A DNA stretch of 64,000 nt from Paraspadella gotoi (lineage: Eukaryota > Animalia > Chaetognatha): positions 708,272-772,271 of the forward strand of contig CM119269.1 in the NCBI GenBank assembly GCA_051294375.1. The letters are read 5' to 3'. The notes under the pieces were generated by a model. The model was not told the DNA's origin. It did not search any database and saw nothing but the letters and a program-made list of their open reading frames with translations. The stretch's first letter is position 1; every line of letters starts with the position of its first letter. The translations under genes were made by a program, and so were the position numbers. Shown piece by piece: positions 1 through 11,460 of the stretch.

Positions 1-431
1 TGAAGTTGATTGAGTGATTGAGTTGCCGTCTCACGTGGACGGAGTTGCTTGACTTAGTCTCCCGATCTCTTTTTCTTTTTTATTTTCCTTTTTTGTTCAC
101 GTTTATTGTTGACATAAGATATTTCTGCAACCATTCCCGCAATTATTTGTTTGCTCTGTTTTCTTTTCAAGAAAAAAAAATTATATTTCTTAGTTACAGA
201 TATCGCAATTCATTAAATTAATGAATAAATCTTAATTGTCCTGAGCTCCGAAAAGGTTTGCGGATAATACAATTAAATCTTGTATTGGATGTCAAATCAT
301 ATAGCTTTATTCCGGAAAAACCAGTTAATTTTTAAATCCAGTCTTCGCATGATTTCAAAATACGTAGTTAAAATTTGTCAGTTGGCTAAAAATCGAATGA
401 CTCGGCACTCTTAAAATACTCAGAAACCCAC

Positions 432-455
432 CTTGAGTTCTACGACGTCAGCCAT
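432..455 (-). CDS. Possible first coding micro-exon (MADVVELK) of an unidentified gene continuing toward or beyond the left edge
   Basis: gaaATGGct start followed by AAG|GTGGGT donor, downstream of a GC-rich leader with an AAGATGGCG (YY1-like) motif. A downstream exon could not be assigned cleanly. Confidence 0.3.
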
Positions 456-1591
456 TTCTTGTCCGCATTGTAGTTACAACAATTAATCTCAGGGCGTGGC
501 CCGGTGCGGCGAGGAGTCGCCGAGAGAGAAATACAGAGCGAGCAATTAAAACGGCTCCTAGCGCGTTAAAGATTTTTGGAGTTCTCCCCTTGAGAGAGCT
601 AGAGGCTAACGCTATAGCTGTGGCGAGGATCAACATTCAACAAGCGAGGGGCGACAGAAGCGCTGGCAAAGGTTGTTGTCTACTGGCCGGAGCCAAATCC
701 GCATCGACGCTGCTCCGCCGCGTCTGCCAGAGCATCGCATATAGGCAGCCGGCGCCATCTTCCGGACGCTGGCGCCGAGATTTGAAAACCCGAAATGTTA
801 AACTTAAAGAGACGCAAATTTCCCTCATTTTTTTTAAACTAACATAAGTTGGAAAAAAAAATAGAAAGACCAAAAGTGTATCAAAAGTAACCAGTTATTA
901 TAGTAAAACGCATTACGTCCAACTCATATTCGTTTTTATTTAGCTAGCGAGCATCTTAACGACGGGGAAAAACGCAGAAAACCTATTTAATCTAGATATG
1001 TATTAGCTTGCTGTAAATTATCTACAATGCTCTTTTGTTTGGGATACACAAGCCTTTCTATCTCAAAGCTACCTTACATTCAGAATGTGTTTCTCATATG
1101 AAGTAAAATGAAAAAGTAATAGGGCACATTTGAAAGCATTTTTGTACGTCCTAATTAAAATAAAGAAGAAATTCACAACCAATGATGTCAAAAAACTACA
1201 ACTAGACATGCGGTCCGTCGCGAGATCAACGATTTTCCGCGGGGTTAGGCGAAGAATTCTCAAGATCTTAACGCTCTCTACCGAATAACATAGGTTGTAA
1301 AATATCAGGAAAAAAAGAAAAATTAAAATATTGAAATCGATATTCGTTTGGGGGGGGGGAGAGAAGAAGTCGTTACCGGGTAGCGGAAGAGGAGTCAGTC
1401 CTGATAGAATAATAACAAAAAGGAGGAGGAGTCAGTCCTGATAGAAAGATATCAAAAAGGATAGGAATTGGGAAAAAAATGTTGACAAGTATTGAAGAGT
1501 CGTGAAGACTTAAATGGATGGGGACAAAGGGTTGAGGGAATAATCCAGGATGAAGTTGGCTGAAAAGAAGTTGGAGCCTCTCGTCTCGATC

Positions 1592-4500
1592 TCAATCAAC
1601 TCTTTCTTCGAATTTCCAATCGGATTTCTTTCGGTGCGACTTCCAAGTTTTCGGCGGAAGTTGGGGAACCGGATCGTCGGGAGTCGGCGAATCCGATAAG
1701 ATTCCGCATGCTGTGGTATTTATATTTTATATTAGATAATGAATTAGTTAATATACATATTAATATATATACTTTTACCCGAGGGAAACTCAAATTTGGG
1801 ATTGTCGAAGACAGAGGGCGTGGTGGAGTGGGCAGGAGGATTGTGATGGGGAATCGAAGAGTGTGGCGGCAGAGTGAGCGGGGTGAGGGCACCGGGCGTC
1901 AATGGTAACGCCATCTCGGGCGGAAAGAAAGTTCGTGACGTGTAACGCCGATTTAAACTAGGGGGATGACTAGAGCCACTAAAAACGTAAAAGATGAAAA
2001 AAAAAAAAAAATTAGTTCAGATCTCCCTAACCATATTTCAGTTTTTAATAAACATTCAATAAATGTTGGACCTGGAGTTGAGGTTTCTCGAGTTGCCCGA
2101 CGCAGAGGAGGACACGGTGGCTGGAGGGATCGCCAGAGGAGACGTTTGAGCGCTGAATAACGGATATAAAATAGTCATCATGATAAACTCTCATTGATGA
2201 ATATAAAAAAAAATTAACGTCTCGAACTTCCAAGAAGTTAATTCAGTGACGATTAATAAAGTGTTAGAAAAATGATACCTGTTGAGGAAGGTGGGCGACG
2301 AATTCGAGTTGGGAAGATTGACGACGGGAGAGGGAGGAGGCGGGGGAAAGCTCCCACCGGAAATTGGAGGAAGTCTCGGAACGAGAGCCTGACCATAATT
2401 ACATGTTTATATCTCCTAATGTAATCCCTTTTGATTTTTTGGTACTTATAATACACGTATACGTTATATTATTATTAAAAGTCTAAATAAAAGAGTTCGA
2501 ATGTTACCCCAGAGGCGGCGCGCGAATGGGTCCGGGTGTTGGCGCTGCGAGGTGGAAGGGGAGGGACCACGTCTGAGGAGGGGGGCAAGCGAGGCGGGAG
2601 AAGGGGTGGGGTCCTGGGAGCATCCGCGAGTTCGACGGCCCCGGGGTCAGGAAGAGCCTAAATTTTATTTGTATGTTTTAAATAAAATTTTTTAAAGAAT
2701 CTGACAATTTTATTTTAAACCGTGTAGCTTATTCAATATATATCCAAATTGTCGCAATATCAGACCAACAAATAATACAAATTTAGTCATATACATTATA
2801 TCATGTACATTATTCGCTCAGAACTTTTTCAATTTCTTACGTTAGGTTCTAGATGGAGAGTGAGCAAACTTACCTCACGTCTTCTCGGCGGCAACGACGG
2901 AGGTGGGGCTTGGATCGAAGACGATGACATTACAGTCGGGGACAAGGGTGGGCCGTTGCTGAAACAAGTTGCGGAGGTGGAGAGAAAATATCAAGTTTTT
3001 TAGTAATTCAAAACCTCACAACCGGTTAACTCACATCGAGCTGTTGAAGATAGTATTGGAGCCGACGCCGACCGGAGACTGCAGTGGGGAATCGTGATTA
3101 GAGTGGGTTGACGATGGCGTGGTACAACTCCCCGACGAAGCGCCACCTCCGCCACCCCCAACACTTGCACCGACTTTGGGGCGCCGAGGAGGGATTGGCG
3201 GTGGTTGAAGAACTGGGACCGCTGCTGCATTTTCTGTCAAAGAATAACACAATATGCCAACCAATGTTAGTAAACAAGGCGTGGAAAAATGGGGAAGGAA
3301 ATGAGAGAGAGAGAGAGAATTCAAGTTTGAAAGGTGAGAGTGAGAGATTTACTGACCATTGGTAGTGTCCAGTCCTGGAACTGAACGATTGGCACTGTGG
3401 TGAAAAGAAGCTCCGGACCCACGATTAAGAAGCGCCAACCCACCCGGAGAAAGAGGTGAAGGTAAAGGGGTCGTGGCGGGGGTTGAAGGCGTCGACGACG
3501 CATGATTCGGCGACGCCGGAGAATCTCCCTCCTCCTCGTGCAGGCGGGTGAACGTAAAGACTTGGCCGGCTCCGCCGCCGCCGCCCGCTCGAATTTTGAG
3601 ATCGGCCTAAGAGAGGTCAAAGGTGAATGGCATATGGCATGTACCGTAAGTATTACCGACCAGTCCTGACACAAAATATACCTTTGGACTTGTGGGGTCG
3701 AATTCCGGGTGACTTGAGGTCGACGCCGAACCGCGGCGGAAAAACTGCGGCGGCGTCGGCGCCGCGCGGCTCCACCTCCGTGGATTTGGTGTAGAGGTAA
3801 TCGTCGAATTCCTTTTCGCTCATTTCTCCCAACGGATTCAAATTTTTCAAGTACTCTTGAATATAAGGTTCGTCTTGCAGACAGTAGCGTTGGTTCTGGT
3901 ATTGCTGAATTTCCGCCGTTATTTCAGATATTTTTCGCCGTTTGCTGAAGTTGATCAGATTAGAATCCGAACGAAGAAAGTCTGAGAAATTTTGTGAAAA
4001 AAATTTATTATTTACTTCGTACTTAATATTACTATTTAAATTCAGCAAGATTTGTCTGTTAGACCAAATGGAACTCACTAGTAGAGCGTAGTGAAAGTTA
4101 CGTATAAAAATTTTAAAAGTTAATTATAAACAGTGAATATTAATTTATAAAAAATATTTATTTTGTCTTTTAATTTTCGCGTTAGGCTATATTTATATAC
4201 AGTATTATCCTTATAAAATCATAAAATTTCAAAATAATCTTTTTCTAATTTTGATGACAGATTTAAATTATTTGTCAAAAGTTGATGAAAGAAAATTTAA
4301 ATCATTTTAAAAAATTCTTCCATTATGTGGGTTAAAAATTTAAAAATCTAAATTTAATGTATAAAAATGTAATGGGCCTAATCAGTTTAAAATATACATT
4401 TTTCTGATTTTTTATTTTTAAAAAGAGTTAAATTTCTTTTTGATCAGCTTTTTAAGACAAATCCGAATCTATAAAAAAATTCTAACAAACTATTTATGAA

Positions 4501-7500
4501 ATTTTAATATTCATAGGATTAATACTATGTATTTAAATATAGCCCATTGCGTAAATTTCAAAATTTATAAGACAATTTTTTTCTACATTAATGTTTAATA
4601 GTACCATGTTGTTAAATTTCTCAGTTTTAGAATTTGAATTAAAGTAAAATATAGAAGTTTGACTTGGCTTTACTCTCACCAGGGTTTCCCTCCTCAATGT
4701 GGTTAATATTGGAAAGGTACATCCCGAAGAATGGAACAACGGGAGGATTAATGGAGCGGAGGCGTTCCATGTACTTCCGGTAGTGATTGTCGTTGAGTTC
4801 GACGGCGTCTTGCAGGGCACGCCAAAGAAGGGCGTGATCCCGAGTGATCCGGGCGAACGTGTGCTTCAATCTGCATTCGAGAGAAAGGATACGGGGATTT
4901 AAATTCATAATACATTAACAATATTTGAAATGGTACGAAATAAAGTGTATACCGGTAGACTGGAGAAGAATTCATAGCGGCAACCACCTCCAATACACCG
5001 TTGAAGTTGTTTAGTTCAAGGAAGACGACCATCATCTCGAGAATCCGCGCCATCGACGCCACGCGTTCTTGGAAGTTTTCGGCCTCAACGACATTTCGTT
5101 TGTACCATTGGATGAGTGTATTCGTATAACACACCAACCTGAACGGTGATTAGAAAATCGATCGATTCGGGTTAGGTCATCGGCTTACTATTAAAGGAAT
5201 ACTCGTAAAATCTTTTTTCAAGGAAATTTCAAATTAAAATATGGTATGTGGTACCTCAACAAATTGGGAGAGTTGGAGTCTTTGTTTTCTTTTTGCCAGG
5301 CGCAGCCGATAAGTTCGGATGGCTTGACGGCTCGATAAAGTTTTGACTGGATGAGCGTGATCTGTCGCGCCATCTCCACCGGATGTAGGGTAATTATGTT
5401 AAAATCCGACGGATTTCTAGTAGAAATAATAAATTAAAAGTTATCTGCTGCAAATGTTATTTGTCTTCAAACCCAAAGGTCCGGGGTCGCACCCCGGTAG
5501 CCCGCAGCCGCCTCGCAGTTAATCGGGACGGGACACGTTGCCCGCCACTTGCATGGTGCTACAGCGGACTGGGGCAGGGACTGCTTATTAATGAACGATT
5601 TATAAAATAATTGATAATCATTAATTCATAATTGTCTTTAGTAAACATTTGACAGTTTCATACAATTCAAAACATTAGGATCCTCTAAACACAAAGATGC
5701 TCACTTAGTAAGATGCCATTCTATCGTGGGTGGATGAGTCTCGAACGTAATATTGAAATCACCCTGATCGGTCATTTCGCATCGACGTTGGATAATCTTT
5801 GAGATGGAGTGGATCCACTTGGACATCGACTTTCCTTTCCGACTGTTTATGAACTCCAACAACCTGATTTTCCGAAAGTAAATTGGTTGTAAATGGTAAA
5901 ACTAAAGGGAGAATACTATAGATTAAAATAAATCCATCGGCTTTGTCTCACTTGTGGAGGAGCGTCTCGTCTCTCTCGAAATCGTAAAAGTGCTCGTCGA
6001 CCCAGTGGCGTATCACGTTGAGCACGCGCAGCTGTACCGGCTGTACGTACTCTTTGCGGAATCTCTTTGAAGAAGCGTTTGTGCTGTGGTCGGCGTCGAC
6101 TCGGGAGAGGCCTTCAACGCTCAACGCTTCGAGGTCGTTGTCGGAGTGGGGGAGGGGAATGCTGTTGAAGAGAAGGGAAAGGCGAGAATGTATGTTTACG
6201 ACAATTAGTCTAATTATACTCACAAAAATTAAGGATCCTACTTGAATCTCTGAATAAGAAGCTCGAGCAGTTGACCCGGACTGCAAAATGATCTGTAGGT
6301 AGTCAAAAAGGTTCGCACGAATTTGGGACTGGCGTAAAGATGGTACGTAAGGCGTTCTACCAACTGTGGGTGCAAAGAAATTTTTGTTTTATATTAATTT
6401 TAATTGAATTTTAAATCCAGTTTTTTTCTCGGATTGACCTTGAGCAACGTTCCGCCTCGGACAACAGGGTTTCCACCAGAGGTTTGATCAGGTTCAAAGA
6501 CGATGTTCGTGTCGGAATCTTCCTCGGCGTAAGGATAGATCTAGCAAAAATAGAAATGGGACGGCGTCGAACAATTGCTTCGCAAAGGCAATCCACTTTT
6601 CTAGCTTCTTGAAAAATACCAAAACTGAGGGAAGCTGCAAAGGATGCGCCTTTTCCTCCTCTGCCAATTTCCCCTCCAACATCCGCTCCAGCATAGGCCG
6701 CGTTTGTAACGCTGTAAGCGTTGCCATCCAGTGACTCTTTTCTTCTGCCGTCTGGAAATAAAAGAAAAACAATCATAACTCGATTTTATTCCAAATCAAT
6801 AAGCAATTTGACACTCGATGATATGACAATCATTATGCTACCTTAGCGCAAAGGACAATGGCGTCCCAGTCGGCGCCTCCCTTGATGAGACTGGTGTCGC
6901 CGTCTCGAACGGCGTCGCGAATCCCGTTGAAGGTGTCGCCAGTGCGACTGCGCGCTCGCTCACCAACATGCGGCCCGCGCCGCGTAGACAGGACGAAGGC
7001 GTGACGAACGTCGTCCGTGTCTTCGCGGTCCGTCACGTCCAAGCGTCGGATAAAGTATTTCTTTTTCAGTCTTGAGTAAGGGAAGAGAAAGATTAATATT
7101 TGAAATGGAAAGGAAATGAAACATCAAAACTAATGTTGGTTTAAATTCATACTAGATTTTTTTCTCGGCCATTTTACACAAGATCAAGAGTTGAAAAAAA
7201 TTATTGTTCGATCTACCTGAATTCAGGGGCCGGAGCGGTAGAGCCTGACACCACGGCTGACATCTTCCTGGTAGTTTTTTCGTTCTGCTTACAAAGAACG
7301 AGCACACTATCGAAGAGGAAGGCATATCGCTCGCTGGTCTCGTTCGTTTCCCCTTTGCTGAACATGGCGCGAGTTCCGACGCCTAGCGTCGGAAAAGCAA
7401 CAAATAACATTTTATTCTTTAATGACCTCGCTTTTAAAACAACTGATGCAACTCAAACAACACACCTTTTCCCATAACCTTCCACAACTTTCCCTCGACC

Positions 7501-10474
7501 AACAGCTCGTGACAGCAGGCCTGCAACTCTTTGCCCTCCCAACCCTCGATTTTTCTTTGAATCTCGTTCATTTTCTGAACGGCCGCCTTTCGATCGCGAA
7601 TGTGGCCCTGTTGAATGGTGAAGGAAGTATTAAGACATTTTCCGAATAAAATGTAAGAATTAAGCCGACAAAAAGTTTTAACTTATGAACCTGAAAACGC
7701 AGAGAGTTTTCCCAGTGCTTCCTTAACTGAGGCATTTCATGTTTGGTGCAGACTCTCGTCAGCTTTGAGTGGAGCGGCGACAAAATGCCTTTCACTTGGT
7801 TGAGAGTTTCTCGGTCCTCTTCGTCCTCGGTCAGCTCCACGAAGGTCTTGAGGACGTCCATGTAGTGAAAAAAGTGATAAATGGGACCCAGAAGCAACTT
7901 TGGGAGGACGTACTTGACAGCGTCTCTGCGGAAAAAAATTTTCGCATTAAGAGTCATCGAAAAAAGAATACACTTGTCGAAGATTATTTACTTGAAGCCT
8001 TTGCCCGCCGAGCTCAGGGTTCGCACGACTTCCGACTTTCCGAGTATCTCTTGCAAACGATTCATCGTCTCCGGCTGAAGCACATCCTCGGCGTAGCGGA
8101 CGAACACGTCGAATTCAGCGCCCTCGGCCATCTCCATGAAACATGTCCCGACCTACGTTTGAGAGGCTCAAGTTAACAACCGATATAACTAATTAATAGT
8201 CAATGATTACTTCAAAACCTTTAAAAATCTGAGAATAAAAAAGTAGATTGAAGACCCGAAATAATTGTATTTAAACTTCAGCTCGAACCTGTGGGACGGA
8301 AGGCACAGAGTTCTCGCTCGTCATTTCCATCATGTCTTCAAGAAGGCCGTGGAAGTTGACGACAGACGCATGAACGTCTTGAATGTCCCCAAAAACTTGG
8401 TCGACGTCACTTTCAGTGACTCCGTGGCATCTCAAGGACATGAAGGCCGATCGAAACACCTTGATGATCATGTTGAGGTCGCGGATGTGTTGCTCCTCCT
8501 CCAAAACGAACTCCTTAACATTTTCCTCGTAAGTGAGAGAGGTTCGTTTTCCAACAGTTCCTTCCTCCGAAATAAAAGAGAAATCCACGTCCTCCTCGTT
8601 CAAAAGATCCTGCAAAGATCAAGAAAACATTTTTGGTTTTTTTGGTTTTTGCTTTTTAAATGAAGTCAACGTGGATTAGAATTGTATCCACCTGAATGAT
8701 ATGATCGGAATGCAGGGCGACTTTGACGTCGACGAAATCAACTCGCGTGTGACGGATGTTCTTCGCATATTTGACCACGAGTTTCCAGATGTCAGCAGCC
8801 ATATATTCCATGACGGAAACGAGAAAGCTTAAAACCTTAAAATGAAATTAAAATTAGTAAGGTGCTGGCGGTATATTCACACGCCTCACGTCCACCATCC
8901 GTCAGCCAAATCCATTGGCTCAGAGGGGAACACACCATCCCAGGCGTAGTGTTCCATCCACAGTCCTAACGACTTCCCTCTGCGTTGGCAAAGCGAGACC
9001 GTCCTAGGGTAACCGCGCCAGTGACTGGAGGCGTCACTGAGGGTCGGAAGCCCCAAAGCCAACAGTGAGATGCCCCATCCCAATGGGCATCACAGGCAAC
9101 CCGGCTGTTGCCATAAGTGGTGAGCCCTACTATCGAACACGCAACCTTCTTCAGGGTACGCTACGACAAACGCCTATGCCCTGCGACTTCGGGTACGCTA
9201 CGACAAACGCCTATGCCCTGCGGGTACGCTACGACAAACGCCTATGCCCCTGGGTACGCTACGACAAACGCCTATGCCCCCACAACTTGCGCTCTCTCTC
9301 TCTCTCCCACTATGGTAACAGTCTTGTCAGACACCTCTCAGGCTTGAGGAACCTGAGTGATGTCTTGGCCCGGGGATCCTGTGGCGTATATTCACACCGC
9401 CTCACGTCCACCATCCGTCAGCCAAATCCATTGGCTCAGAGGGGAACACACCATCCCAGGCGTAGTGTTCCATCCACAGTCCTAACGACTTCCCTCTGCG
9501 TTGGCAAAGCGAGACCGTCCTAGGTAACCGGCCAGTGACTGGAGGCGTCACTGAGGGTCGGAAGCCCCAAAGCCAACAGTGAGATGCCCCTCCAATGGGC
9601 ATCACAGGCAACCCGGCTGTTTCCATAAAGGATTCATTTTAATAAAATACATTTTTTGCTAACGGAAGCTTATGGTCAGTTGCGTTACTTGCGTGTCGAT
9701 GCGGTCGCCCGGGAACTCTTTTTGCAGCGCAGTCGATAGAGAGTCCAAGGGGACGGAGCTTGCCTTGGATTTGGAACCACCCCCTTTTTGGCGCCCGTTC
9801 CTTTTTCGCTAAAACAAGACAAGATGGGCAAGATAATGTAGCGGGGAAATACTTTTATAGTTTATATTTATTCCTCCACAAAAAAAAAAAAACCTTCAGA
9901 CGCAAGGAAGCATCATCGATGACGAGTTGATCGAGCGGCGCCGGAAAAATACGCCGAATCGTTTCTTTAACTCTTTCACAGAAGATGGAAATCCTCGGCC
10001 CGCTTGAGGAGAGGACGCGACGGGCCCGCCGGCGATGACCCCGGGGTTTGCAGAATTTTCGCCAAGATCTTGTAGACGAGGCGTTCCAGCTCGTCGATGA
10101 CATTCTCTGGAACTTCGATCGACGCCTGGAGGTTGCTCACGATCTTTTTCAACACATCTCGAAAAATTCCTGCAGTGTACGTGGAAAACTCGGTAAAGAA
10201 TAATAGCAAAAACTTGCAAAAAAAATGTCAGGTTACCGCGAGGAAAATTGATTGCGGGGCTGTGATGGTGATGATGTTCGGAAGCCAGAGACAAAGAAGA
10301 ACCAGCGAAGGATCCGCCAAAACTCGACGCACCCAAGGAGGCCGTCGTCGGCCCATGGTAAACGTGAGGGGGAAAATGATGGTTCAAGGGGTTGTGGTGG
10401 TGACCCGGAGGTGGTTCCATGATTCGCCGAGGAACATGGTCGCTGGAAACCAAAAAGGCTGCGATGCTGGTCAT
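1592..10474 (-). CDS. SOS: Son of sevenless Ras/Rac guanine-nucleotide exchange factor (histone-fold, DH, PH, REM, CDC25, Pro-rich tail); multi-exon
   Basis: Spliced translation matches SOS motifs: [13 protein letters not shown] (histone fold, exon 8693-8835), [15 protein letters not shown] (DH), [26 protein letters not shown] (REM), [79 protein letters not shown] (CDC25) and terminal PQLPPKTW before TGA at 1592-1594. GT-AG introns; ATG at 10474; probable 5'UTR exon ending at 10621. One exon has a frame break (see findings). Confidence 0.96.
5474..5587 (+). repeat. Dispersed structured repeat (SINE-like), copy 1, in a Sos intron
   Basis: Shares CAAAGGTCCGGGGT..CCCGGT, GCAGTT..CGGG(G)ACGGG and ACTGCTTA with 21652-21761; the first hairpin resembles a degenerate tRNA T-arm/B-box. 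Confidence 0.5.
8863..9627 (+). mobile_element. Non-autonomous miniature LTR retrotransposon (TRIM) in Sos intron 8836-9688
   Basis: Direct repeats 8863-9115 and 9380-9627 (about 250 bp, TG(C)TGGCG...CCATA); 4-bp target duplication AAGG at 8859-8862 and 9628-9631; TGGTGAGCCCTAC PBS-like motif at 9118, 2 nt after the 5' LTR; 264-bp non-coding interior. Confidence 0.85.
9154..9280 (+). repeat. Four copies of a 28-bp unit GGGTACGCTACGACAAACGCCTATGCCC inside the TRIM
   Basis: Identical units separated by 2-9 nt linkers, read directly. Confidence 0.95.
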
Positions 10475-11460
10475 TCTACGTCACCTACGTAGGAAGAAGA
10501 TTTAAATTCAGTTTTAAAAGCCATTAGCCAAGTAACAGAATTCATTTATTTATTCATTAATAATGAGGTTGGCAAATTATATTCTAATTACATCTTTAAT
10601 TAAACAATATAAAATTTTACCTTTTATTTTCCCATAATCGATGACAACAGATCCCGCGTTCAGCGTCCAAACTTTTCACATAGTGGCACAATTTTTTTTT
10701 TTTGCCTTTCAGTTCATATTGAGAAATATTTCACATGGTATTTTATTTACAGTCACAGCCGAATATAAGAACATCAAGGTGCTTAGCACTACTAAAATAT
10801 AGTATTTAAAAAATATAGATAAGGAATGATGAATGAAAAAACAAAAGTAAAACTAACCAAATAATCTGCTTAAATTTATAATTCAATAACTGTAAATTTA
10901 GTTAACTGAAACATAAGGTAATGCTTTAAACTACGCAACAACCACTATATTGGAAGGTGGAAATAAATCTGAAATAAATCTGATCGGAGTTTCATGAAAA
11001 CTGTGCCAAAATAGACAAGGAGTTGATCAGATTACATTTTAAAGGTTATGTACACATGATTTGAAGCGAACCTTATGACTAATATTTTTTATGACCAAAA
11101 AGTTGCGCGCAATGAATTAAGGTAGGGAGACAATATCAGATCATCATATCATATCGAGCCTTATTGGTTATTTCTCTCCAAAATCATGCTCAGAAAATTT
11201 AACCTTTATCAACGAAAATATTTAAAACAAATTAGTCTGTTATTTTTGTCGTTAATATTACATAAAAAAACCAAAACCACATATATAACTCCGAGAAGTT
11301 CATATGTAGGCGAGTTTTAATTCGTAAGTTGTTTTCGTTTATTTTTTGTTATTGCTTCATTATGAAAACAAAATTATAATTATAATTGGTAAATTTTCTA
11401 ACCCTATAAGAAACTGGGTCATACCCTATTTTTAAAATAATACAAAAGGTCAAATAGGTT

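Noticed and set aside
80-124. MSTINVN on the minus strand, resembling the eIF5 N-terminus
   Set aside because: It is followed by KKGK-stop rather than the conserved FYRYKMP motif.
9154-9280. CRISPR-like array of identical 28-bp repeats
   Set aside because: Linkers are only 2-9 nt, there are no cas genes, and the context is a eukaryotic intron inside an LTR element.
8886-9626. ORFs of 65-152 aa within the TRIM
   Set aside because: They arise from LTR and tandem-repeat sequence and show no gag, RT or integrase motifs.
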